A stretch of 64,000 bases of DNA from Escherichia phage ECML-359, in sequence record OL631482.1. One strand, 5' to 3'. The translations under genes and the position numbers were made by a program. How positions within the stretch are numbered: position 1 is the stretch's first letter; the number at the start of each line of letters is the position of its first letter. Shown here piece after piece: positions 62,508-64,000 of the stretch. A model generated the notes under the pieces. The model did no database searches, had not been told where the DNA came from, and was given only the letters and a program-made list of their open reading frames with translations.

Positions 62508-62793
62508 TATCTAAAGAATTTTGCTCAGCTTGCTCTTGATAATCGCTGCCAATATAAACTTTGTCCACATGAACGACGCCATAATAAATTCTGGCACTTT
62601 CGGCTAGTGTAGAATGGTCCAGACTACGAAGTTCTTCTTTCGTTGCAAGAATGATGTCCCTCGCATATAACCGCCCAGTTGACTTTGTAGAAGCATAATG
62701 ACAATCCACACAATAAACAATATCCGCAACATGATTACCATGCAACCGGATTTCGTTAATAGATTCATCGCCAACGTTCATATAGTTAATCAT
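62473..62793 (-). CDS. hypothetical protein
   Basis: 106-aa ORF. Confidence 0.45.
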   Translation of the reverse strand: MINYMNVGDESINEIRLHGNHVADIVYCVDCHYASTKSTGRLYARDIILATKEELRSLDHSTLAESARIYYGVVHVDKVYIGSDYQEQAEQNSLDIVEKSDMYFKG

Positions 62794-62796
62794 AAT

Positions 62797-62994
62797 TTAT
62801 TCACCAAAATAAGAGATACGGATTGCCAGTACATGAGCATATGCACCCATCGCATCCAGTTGGGCAATCAAAAGACCTTGTTGACGGATATCGAGAGTTT
62901 CAAAAACTCCACCCTTAATAAATTCTTCAAGAGCATTGATTTTCAAAACCAGCTGGTCATGTTCTTCAACTACACGTGCTTGGAAACCTAACAT
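62797..62994 (-). CDS. hypothetical protein
   Basis: 65-aa ORF. Confidence 0.4.
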   Translation of the reverse strand: MLGFQARVVEEHDQLVLKINALEEFIKGGVFETLDIRQQGLLIAQLDAMGAYAHVLAIRISYFGE

Positions 62995-63027
62995 AAAGCC
63001 TCATTAGGGGCCGAAGCCCCGATTAAT

Positions 63028-63999
63028 TTAGAATTGTTCAGTTACATCATCAAGGACCAGGTAACCACAAACCCTCATTTTTGAATCATTATAATCCACC
63101 GGGATACTTACAACATCGCGTGGGTGAACTTTACAGGATACGATGCGCCCATTACCATGACCAAAGCCACTTCCGATATAACCTTTAGAGCAAACATGTA
63201 ACCCGGTTGAACAGGTCTGTTCGTCATTGTCATTCACACGAGAGCGTGGCATTTTAACATATTGGCCAGGGCTGTTGTCGAATGTATTTGAGTGACAATC
63301 TTTGTATGTTGCACGAACCATTTTCCATGCGATGAAATGACCGTCTTCGGTGATTTCGATATCGTTAGCAACCAGGAAGTCAAACAAACGCTGTACTGCT
63401 TTTTCACTCGGGTTCTCAAGGAGATTCTCAAGGAATGGCAGATAGAATTCAAAGTCTTCACCATTTTGCATTGAATCAATGATACGAGTAACCAGGCCGG
63501 AGCGCAGTTCAATTCCCTGATAGAACAGACTACCACCTTCAATACGCACATCACCTTTCACATATTTTTGCACCGCAGCTTTGATTGAGATAAACTCGAT
63601 AGCATCGTCAAAACGAGATTCTTTGAGTGCCTGAATAATATCATTAAAGTGTTTATGGTCTTTTGTTGCGTTCCAGACCGTGCGACCTTCGGTGATGGAA
63701 ACGAATTTGCTTGATGCGTTCCATACGATTTCCGGGCGGCTACCGCCGATTGTATCAGCAACCGGGACTTCAACCGTTACTGTCACCGGAGCATTAATCG
63801 CCACACCAACAGCTGCTTTCAGTGATGCAGAAATGGTTTTAGCTAATTTTGATTCTTTATCATTTTTCAAAACGCGGCGAATGGTGTCAACGGACACAGC
63901 AAAATATTCTGCCAATTCAGGCTGGGTATAATTGCCCGTTGAATACATCTGGACCACATCAGCTTGTTCGGCTTTAGACATACATTTGATATTAAACAT
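63028..63999 (-). CDS. rIIB: rIIB membrane-associated rapid-lysis protein
   Basis: 323 aa, similar to T4 rIIB (MYNIKC..., ...RVNDNDEQTCSTGLHVCSK..., ...VHPRDVVSIPVDYND.KMR.C). The start codon is at the window edge. Confidence 0.85.
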   Translation of the reverse strand: MFNIKCMSKAEQADVVQMYSTGNYTQPELAEYFAVSVDTIRRVLKNDKESKLAKTISASLKAAVGVAINAPVTVTVEVPVADTIGGSRPEIVWNASSKFVSITEGRTVWNATKDHKHFNDIIQALKESRFDDAIEFISIKAAVQKYVKGDVRIEGGSLFYQGIELRSGLVTRIIDSMQNGEDFEFYLPFLENLLENPSEKAVQRLFDFLVANDIEITEDGHFIAWKMVRATYKDCHSNTFDNSPGQYVKMPRSRVNDNDEQTCSTGLHVCSKGYIGSGFGHGNGRIVSCKVHPRDVVSIPVDYNDSKMRVCGYLVLDDVTEQF

Positions 64000-64000
64000 T

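Noticed and set aside
62473-62793. GIY-YIG-like segment (RIYYGVVHVDKVYIGS) suggesting a homing endonuclease
   Set aside because: The motif sits near the C-terminus of a 106-aa ORF rather than at the N-terminus of a nuclease domain, and lacks the conserved Arg/Glu context; judged to be a chance match.
63007-63020. GGGGCC-gaa-GCCCC hairpin between rIIB and the next ORF as a terminator
   Set aside because: No T-run follows on the minus strand where the flanking genes are transcribed; possibly an RNA stability element, not called as a terminator.

Overview
This window is a contiguous, gene-dense segment of a T4-like (Tevenvirinae, T-even type) myovirus genome, co-linear with the phage T4 map from gene 24 through rIIB. 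Left to right: two tandem gp24-like vertex genes (the first truncated by the window edge), rnlB, hoc, inh, uvsW, uvsW.1, uvsY, baseplate genes 25-26-51-27-28-29-48-54, alt, DNA ligase (30), the 30.x small-gene cluster, rIII, 31, cd, pseT, a spanin pair, alc-like, rnlA, denA, nrdB, nrdA, td, frd, 32, 59, 33, dsbA, rnh, long-tail-fibre genes 34-35-36-37, a glycine-rich gp38 adhesin, holin t, asiA, motA, topoisomerase gene 52, ndd and rIIB. Most early and middle genes are on the minus strand; structural and late genes are on the plus strand. No rRNA, tRNA, CRISPR array, transposon or intron was found; td and nrdB are uninterrupted. T4-type late (TATAAATA), middle (MotA box plus TATAAT) and early promoters and GC-hairpin/T-run terminators are recognisable. 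All assignments rest on reading the sequence and on recalled knowledge of T4 proteins; no database search was run. Several ORF-track N-termini are alternative-codon artefacts and were moved to the first internal ATG with a ribosome-binding site. Coordinates of features not in the ORF track (small ORFs, promoters, terminators) are hand-derived and may be off by a few nucleotides. The most notable observations are the tandem gp24 duplication, a T2-type gp37/gp38 receptor module, a NADAR/YbiA-like protein next to alt, a partial tandem duplication of the alc-like gene, a roughly 400-bp non-coding gap downstream of rIII, a conserved leader motif shared by four early transcripts, and a cluster of tiny membrane-peptide genes around gene 52.
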